Shown piece after piece: positions 1 to 8,164 of a stretch of 64,000 nt of DNA (position 1 is the first letter of the stretch; each line of letters opens with the position of its first letter). The notes under the pieces are model-generated. The model did no database searches. It was not told where the DNA came from and saw nothing but the letters and a program-made list of their open reading frames with translations. The stretch spans positions 1 to 64,000 of the forward strand of contig CBDCUI010000008.1 in assembly GCA_965222615.1 (NCBI GenBank). The letters are read 5' to 3'. The translations under genes were made by a program, and so were the position numbers. Origin of the DNA: Gammaproteobacteria bacterium. Its GTDB lineage: Bacteria; Pseudomonadota; Gammaproteobacteria; UBA4575.

Positions 1-2
1 CA

Positions 3-455
3 TCAGGACCAGATTCTGAGTTTAGAGAAATGGAATTTTCGGTAGACGATCAAGAGATCATGAATAAGCTTAAGCAAGCGTTAAATGATAAATCAATCGA
101 TTTCCAAACATACACAAAACATGGGGAAGAATATATTGGGTACAGCAAAGAAGACAAAAATTTTTTTGAAGAAATTCGGTATCTAGTTATGACGGGTAGA
201 CCTAAAGGTTATGAGCAAATATGTAGTGACGATGAAGACCGTACAGAACTAATGTCTCAGCGTCTTAAGGATGTAGGTATACATACACTATCTAGTGATA
301 GAGGCGAAGAATATGGGGGTTACAGTAGATACTGTTTGGCTTGGCCTGAAGAACATAATGGAAAAGTTGCAGAATTAGATAGCCGTTATAAATACATTCT
401 AGAACGTCAAAAACAACTGCGTGAAAATGAAGGTGTCAAAAGTAATCTTGAGTAA
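3..455 (+). CDS. hypothetical protein, probably 5'-truncated by the window edge
   Basis: ORF 30..455. The frame is open back to position 3 (SGPDSEFRE-M). No family recognised. Confidence 0.6.
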   Translation, partial: SGPDSEFREMEFSVDDQEIMNKLKQALNDKSIDFQTYTKHGEEYIGYSKEDKNFFEEIRYLVMTGRPKGYEQICSDDEDRTELMSQRLKDVGIHTLSSDRGEEYGGYSRYCLAWPEEHNGKVAELDSRYKYILERQKQLRENEGVKSNLE

Positions 456-539
456 TCGCTAATGACCCAATGTATGGACACCTCCAAGCTAAGCAATTAG
501 TTTGTGTGGTGTTAGAAACACAAAAGAAGGAGTCCATAC

Positions 540-1583
540 ATGAAACATCTAAACATAGTTGGCGTTGATTTAGCAAAAAACGTAATCCAAGTTTGCGTGA
601 TGCGCGCGCAGCGACAAGAAGTAATCAATCGTTCCTATAGTCGTACTAAATTTGCAGTATTTCTCGTTAAACAACAGCGCAGTGTCATCGCCTTTGAAGC
701 ATGTGCCAGTAGTCATTATTGGGCACGAAAAGCCAAAGCATTGGGGCATACCATCAAAATCATTCCGGCAAAAGCGATCACACCGTATCGTCAAGGCCAT
801 AAAACCGATATCAATGATGCCCGCGCGATCGCTGAAGCGGCGAGCCGTCCCCACCTACTTGAAGCCCCATTAAAGAGTGTTGAACAACAAGGCTTGCAAG
901 CCGTACAACGTTCAAGAGAGCTTTTGGTACAAGAGCGAACCGGTCTATCCAACCACATCCGTGGCATATTGATGGAATTTGGCATCGTCATTCCTAAAGG
1001 CTTTGCCGCCTTGCATCAACAGATACCCGAGGTACTAGAAGATGGGGAGAACGAGCTACCCGATCTATATCGCCCGACGTTACAGATATTGTACGAACGC
1101 TTAGTGCAACTCAAAACAACCATCACGATACTTGATCAACAAATTGCCGCCCTCATCAAACAACATCCAGGTTGCGAAACGCTCATGAAGATAGAAGGTG
1201 TGGGCCCAATCAGTGCGATATTACTGTATGCCAGCCTTGGTAGTGGCGATGCGTTTAGCCAAGGTAGACAATATGCGGCGTACTTAGGGTTAACGCCCAA
1301 GCAATACAGCAGTGGCGGGAAAACGAATCTTATTGGGATAAGTAAAAAGGTTGCGAATAAACGTTTGCGCTCCGTACTCATTCAAGGAGCACGTGCTTAT
1401 GTGCACAAGCTCAAAGAACCGAAAAGCCAAAAAGATCGCTGGCTGCTGGCACTGATTGAACGTGCCGGCTATGGCAAGGCGGCGGTAGCGTTAGCCAACA
1501 AAAATGTGCGCACCGCATGGGCCATGCTGACCCGGGGGACAACGTACAATAAACAACATACAACCACGATGCACATTGCATAA
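540..1583 (+). CDS. IS110-family DEDD transposase/recombinase
   Basis: GVDLAK, AFEAC, KTDINDA (DEDD RuvC-like), GVGPISA HhH, LGLTPKQYSSGGK catalytic-Ser motif, AAVALANK. Confidence 0.97.
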   Translation: MKHLNIVGVDLAKNVIQVCVMRAQRQEVINRSYSRTKFAVFLVKQQRSVIAFEACASSHYWARKAKALGHTIKIIPAKAITPYRQGHKTDINDARAIAEAASRPHLLEAPLKSVEQQGLQAVQRSRELLVQERTGLSNHIRGILMEFGIVIPKGFAALHQQIPEVLEDGENELPDLYRPTLQILYERLVQLKTTITILDQQIAALIKQHPGCETLMKIEGVGPISAILLYASLGSGDAFSQGRQYAAYLGLTPKQYSSGGKTNLIGISKKVANKRLRSVLIQGARAYVHKLKEPKSQKDRWLLALIERAGYGKAAVALANKNVRTAWAMLTRGTTYNKQHTTTMHIA

Positions 1584-1825
1584 AAACAAAACCAAGACAC
1601 TACGTTACATAAAAGTGTAGAAGAGGTTAGGCAAGTAGACCTAGGTAAAGAATAAAGAGATTCGCTTCGATGAAACCTGCTCCGCTTTGAGGATAAATAG
1701 AATCCATCGACCCAATGAGGCATCGAAGTGCGCATACATACAGGGCTAGAAGATCGCAACTTCACGAAAAAGCCGAATATACATCTGCGTCTTTTTCTTT
1801 ATCAATTTCTGTTTGCTAAACTGGC
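1584..1825 (+). ncRNA. predicted bridge/seek RNA of IS copy 1 (ends approximate)
   Basis: Stem CTTCGATG(1665-72)/CATCGAAG(1721-28) encloses TCCGCTTTG and GACCCAA, which match the target flanks. A second loop contains CATACAT and ATATACA, which match the IS ends. Confidence 0.8.
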
Positions 1826-1902
1826 GGTGTCCATATACAAAGCGGACATTTAAGTTATGAGTGCGCTATTATCAAATCTGGTTAACATTGAATAATTCTT
1901 GA

Positions 1903-2211
1903 ATGATGAGTAGATGGAGTATTTTTGTAAAAACCATTAAAGATCAGTTGGGGTACTATAGGGCTTTGGCATTAGACCCACGCACACCAGCGATTTCCAA
2001 ATGGCTTATCGGTATCGCGATTGCTTACTTGGTTTCTCCTATCGATATTATTCCTGATTTTGTTCCGATATTTGGATACTTAGATGATCTTATTATCGTG
2101 CCAAGTTTAATTGGCATTGCCGTTTTTTTAATTCCAAAGGATGTGAAGCTGGAAACGAGAGCACGCCAATCTATATATCCAGATGCGCTGAAATCAAATT
2201 TGAACATATGA
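1903..2211 (+). CDS. YkvA/DUF1232 family membrane protein
   Basis: DPRTP...AYLVSPIDIIPDFVPIFGYLDD signature. Confidence 0.9.
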   Translation: MMSRWSIFVKTIKDQLGYYRALALDPRTPAISKWLIGIAIAYLVSPIDIIPDFVPIFGYLDDLIIVPSLIGIAVFLIPKDVKLETRARQSIYPDALKSNLNI

Positions 2212-2423
2212 CAAAAGGTCCGCTTCAATTATTTTCGACACTTATATGCCCAGAGTGTGGGAAAAAATACAAAGAAAAAATGCCTACAAACGCCTGCCAG
2301 TACTATTATGAATGTGTTTCTTGTGGTGCGTTATTAAAGCCCAAAACAGGAGATTGTTGTGTGTATTGTTCGTATGGCGATACGCCATGCCCGCCTATTC
2401 AACAACAGAAAAGTTGCTGTTAG
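2208..2423 (+). CDS. GDCCVxC domain small Cys-rich protein
   Basis: CPECG...MPTNACQYYYEC..C...LKPKTGDCCVYCSYG..PCPP. All Cys codons, no TGA. Confidence 0.9.
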   Translation: MTKGPLQLFSTLICPECGKKYKEKMPTNACQYYYECVSCGALLKPKTGDCCVYCSYGDTPCPPIQQQKSCC

Positions 2424-2521
2424 AGTAATGATTGCTTTTGGCTGCTACCCAATGTATGGACACCTCCAAGCTAAGCAATTAGTTTGTGTGGTGTTAGAAA
2501 CACAAAAGAAGGAGTCCATAC

Positions 2522-3565
2522 ATGAAACATCTAAACATAGTTGGCGTTGATTTAGCAAAAAACGTAATCCAAGTTTGCGTGATGCGCGCGCAGCGACAAG
2601 AAGTAATCAATCGTTCCTATAGTCGTACTAAATTTGCAGTATTTCTCGTTAAACAACAGCGCAGTGTCATCGCCTTTGAAGCATGTGCCAGTAGTCATTA
2701 TTGGGCACGAAAAGCCAAAGCATTGGGGCATACCATCAAAATCATTCCGGCAAAAGCGATCACACCGTATCGTCAAGGCCATAAAACCGATATCAATGAT
2801 GCCCGCGCGATCGCTGAAGCGGCGAGCCGTCCCCACCTACTTGAAGCCCCATTAAAGAGTGTTGAACAACAAGGCTTGCAAGCCGTACAACGTTCAAGAG
2901 AGCTTTTGGTACAAGAGCGAACCGGTCTATCCAACCACATCCGTGGCATATTGATGGAATTTGGCATCGTCATTCCTAAAGGCTTTGCCGCCTTGCATCA
3001 ACAGATACCCGAGGTACTAGAAGATGGGGAGAACGAGCTACCCGATCTATATCGCCCGACGTTACAGATATTGTACGAACGCTTAGTGCAACTCAAAACA
3101 ACCATCACGATACTTGATCAACAAATTGCCGCCCTCATCAAACAACATCCAGGTTGCGAAACGCTCATGAAGATAGAAGGTGTGGGCCCAATCAGTGCGA
3201 TATTACTGTATGCCAGCCTTGGTAGTGGCGATGCGTTTAGCCAAGGTAGACAATATGCGGCGTACTTAGGGTTAACGCCCAAGCAATACAGCAGTGGCGG
3301 GAAAACGAATCTTATTGGGATAAGTAAAAAGGTTGCGAATAAACGTTTGCGCTCCGTACTCATTCAAGGAGCACGTGCTTATGTGCACAAGCTCAAAGAA
3401 CCGAAAAGCCAAAAAGATCGCTGGCTGCTGGCACTGATTGAACGTGCCGGCTATGGCAAGGCGGCGGTAGCGTTAGCCAACAAAAATGTGCGCACCGCAT
3501 GGGCCATGCTGACCCGGGGGACAACGTACAATAAACAACATACAACCACGATGCACATTGCATAA
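2522..3565 (+). CDS. IS110-family DEDD transposase/recombinase
   Basis: Protein identical to 540..1583. Confidence 0.97.
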   Translation: MKHLNIVGVDLAKNVIQVCVMRAQRQEVINRSYSRTKFAVFLVKQQRSVIAFEACASSHYWARKAKALGHTIKIIPAKAITPYRQGHKTDINDARAIAEAASRPHLLEAPLKSVEQQGLQAVQRSRELLVQERTGLSNHIRGILMEFGIVIPKGFAALHQQIPEVLEDGENELPDLYRPTLQILYERLVQLKTTITILDQQIAALIKQHPGCETLMKIEGVGPISAILLYASLGSGDAFSQGRQYAAYLGLTPKQYSSGGKTNLIGISKKVANKRLRSVLIQGARAYVHKLKEPKSQKDRWLLALIERAGYGKAAVALANKNVRTAWAMLTRGTTYNKQHTTTMHIA

Positions 3566-3807
3566 AAACAAAACCAAGACACTACGTTACATAAAAGTGT
3601 AGAAGAGGTTAGGCAAGTAGACCTAGGTAAAGAATAAAGAGATTCGCTTCGATGAAACCTGCTCCGCTTTGAGGATAAATAGAATCCATCGACCCAATGA
3701 GGCATCGAAGTGCGCATACATACAGGGCTAGAAGATCGCAACTTCACGAAAAAGCCGAATATACATCTGCGTCTTTTTCTTTATCAATTTCTGTTTGCTA
3801 AACTGGC
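3566..3807 (+). ncRNA. predicted bridge/seek RNA of IS copy 2 (ends approximate)
   Basis: Same sequence as 1584-1825. Confidence 0.8.
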
Positions 3808-3919
3808 GGTGTCCATATACAAAGTGGACATTCAAATAGAACTAGGATTATTGAGAATTTATAGGGAGACTACTTTATATAAGTTATTAATTATTTCCTA
3901 AATTAAAAAAGAGGATTGT

Positions 3920-4336
3920 ATGAGTAAAATTCTAGAGTCTGCGAAGCAATTCTTTGATGCCTGTGAGACTGGAAAAGGATGGGCTGGCTGTAAGGAATAC
4001 TGTCTACCTAATGCAACATTCTCTTCGCAAACAGGAGTACTTGCTGAAATAAATACACTTGAAGATTACTGTGAATGGGTGAAGGACTTGTTTATACCTG
4101 TACCAGATGGCCGTTATGAATTGCTTTTTTTTGCAGCTGATGAAGCTCGTAAAACTGTTGCTGGTTATGGTGTATTTCACGGGACACAAACAGGTCCAGG
4201 TGGTCCGGTGGCACCCACTGGAAAATCTTTTACTGCTGACTATGTTTATGCAATGGTATTCGAAGGCAATCGTATTCAACACATGACGAAAATATGGAAT
4301 GATACGATTACTATGCAACAACTCGGGTGGAATTAA
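3920..4336 (+). CDS. SnoaL-like/ester cyclase (NTF2-fold) protein
   Basis: FHGTQTGPGGPVAPTGKSFTADYVY...KIWN. RBS GAGG upstream. Confidence 0.8.
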   Translation: MSKILESAKQFFDACETGKGWAGCKEYCLPNATFSSQTGVLAEINTLEDYCEWVKDLFIPVPDGRYELLFFAADEARKTVAGYGVFHGTQTGPGGPVAPTGKSFTADYVYAMVFEGNRIQHMTKIWNDTITMQQLGWN

Positions 4337-4384
4337 CTCCATTTGTATTTGTTATAGAGCGGTTCTAATTTAGTAGATGCTTTT

Positions 4385-4664
4385 ATGTCTGCTATTGACT
4401 GTGGTCTCAATAGGTCGATGCAACACTTTGAAATAGAGTGAAAAAAGGTTGCAAAAGCTAAGAGAAATGCAATTACATCAACATCTTAAGAGTAGATCAA
4501 TAAAAGATGGCTCGAAGCAAGTAATAATGCAGTATTTAATGTAACCGGTTCATCCAAAAACAACTCAACACTAAATGGTCATCCGTTTGAGTCAACCTCT
4601 TTATTACTAAAAGTTTAGCAAGGTGTTGCATTGACCGATTGAATCGGCAACCTTAAGCGGACAT
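4385..4664. repeat. palindromic site 3 (empty form ATGTCTGCT-ATTGACCTTA-AGCGGACAT), split by the MITE
   Basis: Left arm 4385-4399 and right arm 4652-4664 are homologous to the sites split by the IS copies at 451-470/1841-1850 and 2427-2452/3823-3832. Confidence 0.75.
4400..4649. mobile_element. MITE / internally deleted IS30-like element
   Basis: 27-bp TIRs TGTGGTCTCAATAGGTCGATGCAACAC / GTGTTGCATTGACCGATTGAATCGGCA (21/27 match), flanked by a 2-bp AC duplication (4398-99, 4650-51). No transposase. Family assignment is from recalled end motif. Confidence 0.75.
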
Positions 4665-4702
4665 TTTTAATTCATAAAAGTATAAAATTATAGAAATTAG
4701 TA

Positions 4703-5251
4703 ATGCGAGTTGATCCTGCGAGTCATTTAGTAGTTGGAGTGAACTACACACCTTCGCCTAATTGTGATGAGCGACCTGAGAATTGTTCTCCATCGCTAAT
4801 CGTTATTCATAATATCAGTTTGCCGCCAAATGAGTTTGGTGGGCCGTATATCGAGCAGTTGTTTACTAACCAGTTGGATCCTAATGTGCATCCCTATTTT
4901 GAAGAAATTCAACATCAAAAAATTTCTGCACATGTATTGATTCGACGTGATGGTAGCGTTACACAATTTGTGCCTTTTAATCGTCGGGCTTGGCATGCGG
5001 GGGAGTCTAGTTACGAGGGTCGATCTTGTTGTAATGATTTTTCCATTGGTATCGAACTAGAAGGCACTGATGAAATTCCTTATGAAGATGTTCAATACTT
5101 AGTTCTAACTACTCTGATTGATGCATTGCGTATCGCTTACCCAATGCTTGGCAAACAAAATATTGTTGGACATTCGGATATTGCTCCGCAACGAAAGACT
5201 GATCCGGGCCGTGTATTTGATTGGAAATTTTTGCGCGAACAATTGGCCTAA
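4703..5251 (+). CDS. ampD: 1,6-anhydro-N-acetylmuramyl-L-alanine amidase
   Basis: SPNCDERP, IHNISLPP, RAWHAG, CNDFSIGIELEG, GHSDIAPQRKTDPG. Confidence 0.95.
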   Translation: MRVDPASHLVVGVNYTPSPNCDERPENCSPSLIVIHNISLPPNEFGGPYIEQLFTNQLDPNVHPYFEEIQHQKISAHVLIRRDGSVTQFVPFNRRAWHAGESSYEGRSCCNDFSIGIELEGTDEIPYEDVQYLVLTTLIDALRIAYPMLGKQNIVGHSDIAPQRKTDPGRVFDWKFLREQLA

Positions 5252-5934
5252 AGTTTTTGCCAAGTACTATTAATGTAACCTTCGATTGGTTTAAAGTTTT
5301 TTTTATAATTCATTTTGCTACACGCCTCGATCCAGTAACCTAAGTACACATAAGACAAGCCCTGTCTTGTAGCTTCTTCAATTAATTTTAGTATCGCAAA
5401 AGTTCCAAGACCGCGTTTGTTTAAGTTTACATCATAGAAGCTATACACGGCAGATAGGCCTTGTGGAAGCGTGTCAAATACAGCCACACAGATTAATTTT
5501 TTATCTAGATAGCACTCGAAAAATTGAGTGTCCGACCATGTGCCTAATAAGAAAATGCGGTAGTCTTGTTCAGTAGACCCATCCATAGGGCTATTGGCGT
5601 GACGAGTATGAATGTATTGTTTGTATAAGTCGTAATGCTGCTGATAAAAGCCATTAACTTGAATATTTATTTTCAAATCTTTATTTAAACGTAGAGTACG
5701 TTGTTGTGAACGATTTGGTTTGAATTCATTTACACATACACGCGTTGGTACACAAGCTGAGCAATTTGGACACTGTGGACGATATAGATGAATGCCATTA
5801 CGACGAAAGCCATGATCAATCAGCCAGCTATACGTCTGAGTTGATAATTTTACATTTGGATCAGCAAAGACATTCACACTATAGTGGTTCGGTAAATAAC
5901 CACATGAATGAGCCGGTGTTTGATAAAAATCCAT
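5248..5934 (-). CDS. ate: ATE/Bpt-family arginyl/leucyl-tRNA-protein transferase
   Basis: HSCGYL, GFRR.G..YRPQC..CSAC, LSAVYSFYD, YVYLGYWI..CSKMNYK. Confidence 0.9.
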   Translation of the reverse strand: MDFYQTPAHSCGYLPNHYSVNVFADPNVKLSTQTYSWLIDHGFRRNGIHLYRPQCPNCSACVPTRVCVNEFKPNRSQQRTLRLNKDLKINIQVNGFYQQHYDLYKQYIHTRHANSPMDGSTEQDYRIFLLGTWSDTQFFECYLDKKLICVAVFDTLPQGLSAVYSFYDVNLNKRGLGTFAILKLIEEATRQGLSYVYLGYWIEACSKMNYKKNFKPIEGYINSTWQKL

Positions 5935-6059
5935 TTACCTTTCTTTTATGCAGATTTGAATATATTTAAAGTGTAAAATAGTCATAGAAACAAAAGCCCT
6001 CATGGCCCTTAATAATTATGTTCCACTCAAAATAAAAAATCACCCATACCCCAGCTTTA

Positions 6060-7658
6060 ATGTATAAACAACTACAAAACAAGTTATCTAAAATATGCCA
6101 AGACAATCAGCAGCATTTGTTGCTTGGTGGTTATATTGGCCTTGAGAAAGAATCACTACGTGTAGATGGTGAAGGTGGGATTTCTCAGCAAACCCACCCG
6201 CAAGTACTAGGCTCCGCTCTTACCAATCCTTATATCACTACCGACTACTCCGAAGCCCTACTTGAATTTATTACACCCCCCAAGCAAGGTGTTCAGGCCA
6301 CAACGGAATTTTTGTATAAAATTCATCAGTTTGCGTATATGCACCTGCAAGATGAATTACTCTGGAATGCAAGTATGCCGTGTGTTGTTAAAGGCGAAGA
6401 AAGTATTCCAATTGCTCAATACGGCAACTCCAATCTAGGCTTAATGAAGACCGTATACCGTCGAGGTTTAGGTTATCGTTATGGCAAGATGATGCAAGTT
6501 ATTGCTGGCGTCCATTTTAATTATTCAATGCAGAATACCTTTTGGGAATATTTCTACACCCTGCAAAATCAAAGTGAATCTTTACAAGACTTTATTTCAG
6601 AACAATATTTTTGTTTAATCCGTAATTTGCAACGTTATGGTTGGCTGATATTTTATTTATTTGGTACCTCGCCGGCAATTTGTAAAACCTTTTTGAAAGG
6701 ACAACAAGGAAAATTAGAAAAATTTGATGACAAAACTTTTTATCTGCCTTATGCGACAACCTTACGCATGGGTGATATTGGTTATACAAACAAAAAAGAA
6801 AATGAGACTGGTGTTAAGGCTTGTTATGACAGTCTCGAATCTTATGTGAAATGTCTAACGCATGCCATAGAAACCCCTTGCGAAGAATATGAAAAAATTG
6901 GTGTCAAAGTTTCTGGAGAGTATCGCCAGTTAAACGCTAACATTCTACAAATTGAAAACGAATATTACAGTACGATCCGCCCTAAGCAGCTGCAGATAAA
7001 TAATGAAAAACCTACTCATGCCTTAAGCCAAAGGGGCGTGCAATATATCGAATTGCGGTCTTTGGATGTAAATTTGTTTGATCCAATCGGAATTAGTCAA
7101 ACGCAGCTGTATTTTTTAGAAGCGTTTATGATTTTTTGTTTGTTGCAGCAAAGCCCTAGAATCGATGCATCAGAACGACAAGCAATTGATAGCAACGAAC
7201 ATAAAACTGCGCATCAAGGTCGTGATTCTGCACTTAAATTGCAACGAGAAAAACGGCAAATCTCATTGCAGCAATGGGGTCGTGAGCTTCTTCACGAAAT
7301 ACAAGCGGTGTGTGAGATTCTAGATCAGCAGCATGGTCATGATGACTACAGCGCCGCATTGAATGAGCAAGTGGCTGCTATTGAGGATGCTGCTTTGACA
7401 CCTTCCGCGAAAATGCTGGAAGAGATGCGTGCCAACAAAGAGACTTTTTTTGAATTTGCTAAGCGGCACTCAAATTTACATCAAAATCAACTACGCAACA
7501 GTAGTTTAAGTGAAACTGACCTAAAATTTTTCGCAGATGCGGTAAGACAATCGCTTGCAAAACAACGACAAATTGAGGCTTCAGACACAACATCTTTTGA
7601 TCAATTCCTGGATAATTACTTTTCAAATACACTTTCTGAAAAGGCTGAAGTGGCATGA
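6060..7658 (+). CDS. gshA: glutamate--cysteine ligase
   Basis: GLEKESLRV, ITTDYSEALLEFITP, MQVIAGVHFNYS, LQIENEYYS.IRPK, YIELRSLD. Confidence 0.97.
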   Translation: MYKQLQNKLSKICQDNQQHLLLGGYIGLEKESLRVDGEGGISQQTHPQVLGSALTNPYITTDYSEALLEFITPPKQGVQATTEFLYKIHQFAYMHLQDELLWNASMPCVVKGEESIPIAQYGNSNLGLMKTVYRRGLGYRYGKMMQVIAGVHFNYSMQNTFWEYFYTLQNQSESLQDFISEQYFCLIRNLQRYGWLIFYLFGTSPAICKTFLKGQQGKLEKFDDKTFYLPYATTLRMGDIGYTNKKENETGVKACYDSLESYVKCLTHAIETPCEEYEKIGVKVSGEYRQLNANILQIENEYYSTIRPKQLQINNEKPTHALSQRGVQYIELRSLDVNLFDPIGISQTQLYFLEAFMIFCLLQQSPRIDASERQAIDSNEHKTAHQGRDSALKLQREKRQISLQQWGRELLHEIQAVCEILDQQHGHDDYSAALNEQVAAIEDAALTPSAKMLEEMRANKETFFEFAKRHSNLHQNQLRNSSLSETDLKFFADAVRQSLAKQRQIEASDTTSFDQFLDNYFSNTLSEKAEVA

Positions 7659-8128
7659 TACGAGCTGGCAATTTAATTTGTGCTTTAGCATTTATTAGCT
7701 TGGTATTGCTAAGTGGAAGTGTTTTTGCAGAAGTCTATAAGTGGGTGGATGCAAATGGAAAAGTGCACTACAGTGATCGCAAGGTTGATGCTGCAGCGGT
7801 TAAATTAGATATATCGAGTGGTGCAGCAAGCCTAGGTGGGTCAGGTCACGATGCTGAGCAACGTTTTATGCAGCAAAAGAAATACCTCAATTATTTGTCA
7901 TCTGAGCGTCAAGAACGTGCAGAGGAGCGTGAAGAACAGAAACAGCAAGAGGCCAAACAAAAAAAATACTGCATGACACTGCAAAACCAATTAAACAGTT
8001 TTATGAACGATCATGTTAGTTGGTACGATATAGATGAAAAAACTGGAGAACGTGTTTACCTTTCAGACAAAAAGCTAGAAAACAGAATACAAGAATTACA
8101 GGCTGAAATTGAAACCAGCTGCAGTTAG
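7655..8128 (+). CDS. DUF4124 domain exported protein
   Basis: Signal peptide followed by AEVYKWVDANGKVHYSD. Confidence 0.85.
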   Translation: MIRAGNLICALAFISLVLLSGSVFAEVYKWVDANGKVHYSDRKVDAAAVKLDISSGAASLGGSGHDAEQRFMQQKKYLNYLSSERQERAEEREEQKQQEAKQKKYCMTLQNQLNSFMNDHVSWYDIDEKTGERVYLSDKKLENRIQELQAEIETSCS

Positions 8129-8164
8129 AGTCACTACAACTGGTTTAATAGCTATAATCAGCGA

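Larger units (their letters stand above)
471..1840 (+). mobile_element. IS110-family (IS1111-type) insertion sequence, copy 1
   Basis: Sub-terminal inverted repeats TATGGACACCTCCA (473-486) / TGGCGGTGTCCATA (1822-1835). CAA core at both junctions (468-470, 1838-1840). Transposase followed by ~250 bp non-coding end. Repeated at offset +1982. Confidence 0.95.
2453..3822 (+). mobile_element. IS110-family (IS1111-type) insertion sequence, copy 2
   Basis: Apparently identical to 471-1840, same orientation, same CAA core, different flanks. Confidence 0.95.

Noticed and set aside
2208-2423. Selenoprotein form of the GDCCVxC protein (and of ArsS at 33511..34470)
   Set aside because: The relevant positions are TGT/TGC; no in-frame TGA.
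471-3822. IS duplication as a tandem assembly artefact
   Set aside because: Each copy has distinct flanks that rebuild a coherent target site. Long reads would still be the final check.
570-3901. Short antisense/overlapping ORFs in and around the IS copies (570..854, 652..873, 791..991, 1136..1381, 1469..1765, duplicates, 2359..2550, 3710..3901)
   Set aside because: Shadow frames of the transposase and ncRNA; no motifs.
451-4665. Classical integron attC array
   Set aside because: Sites are ~30 bp and lack RYYYAAC/GTTRRRY boxes; no intI in the window.
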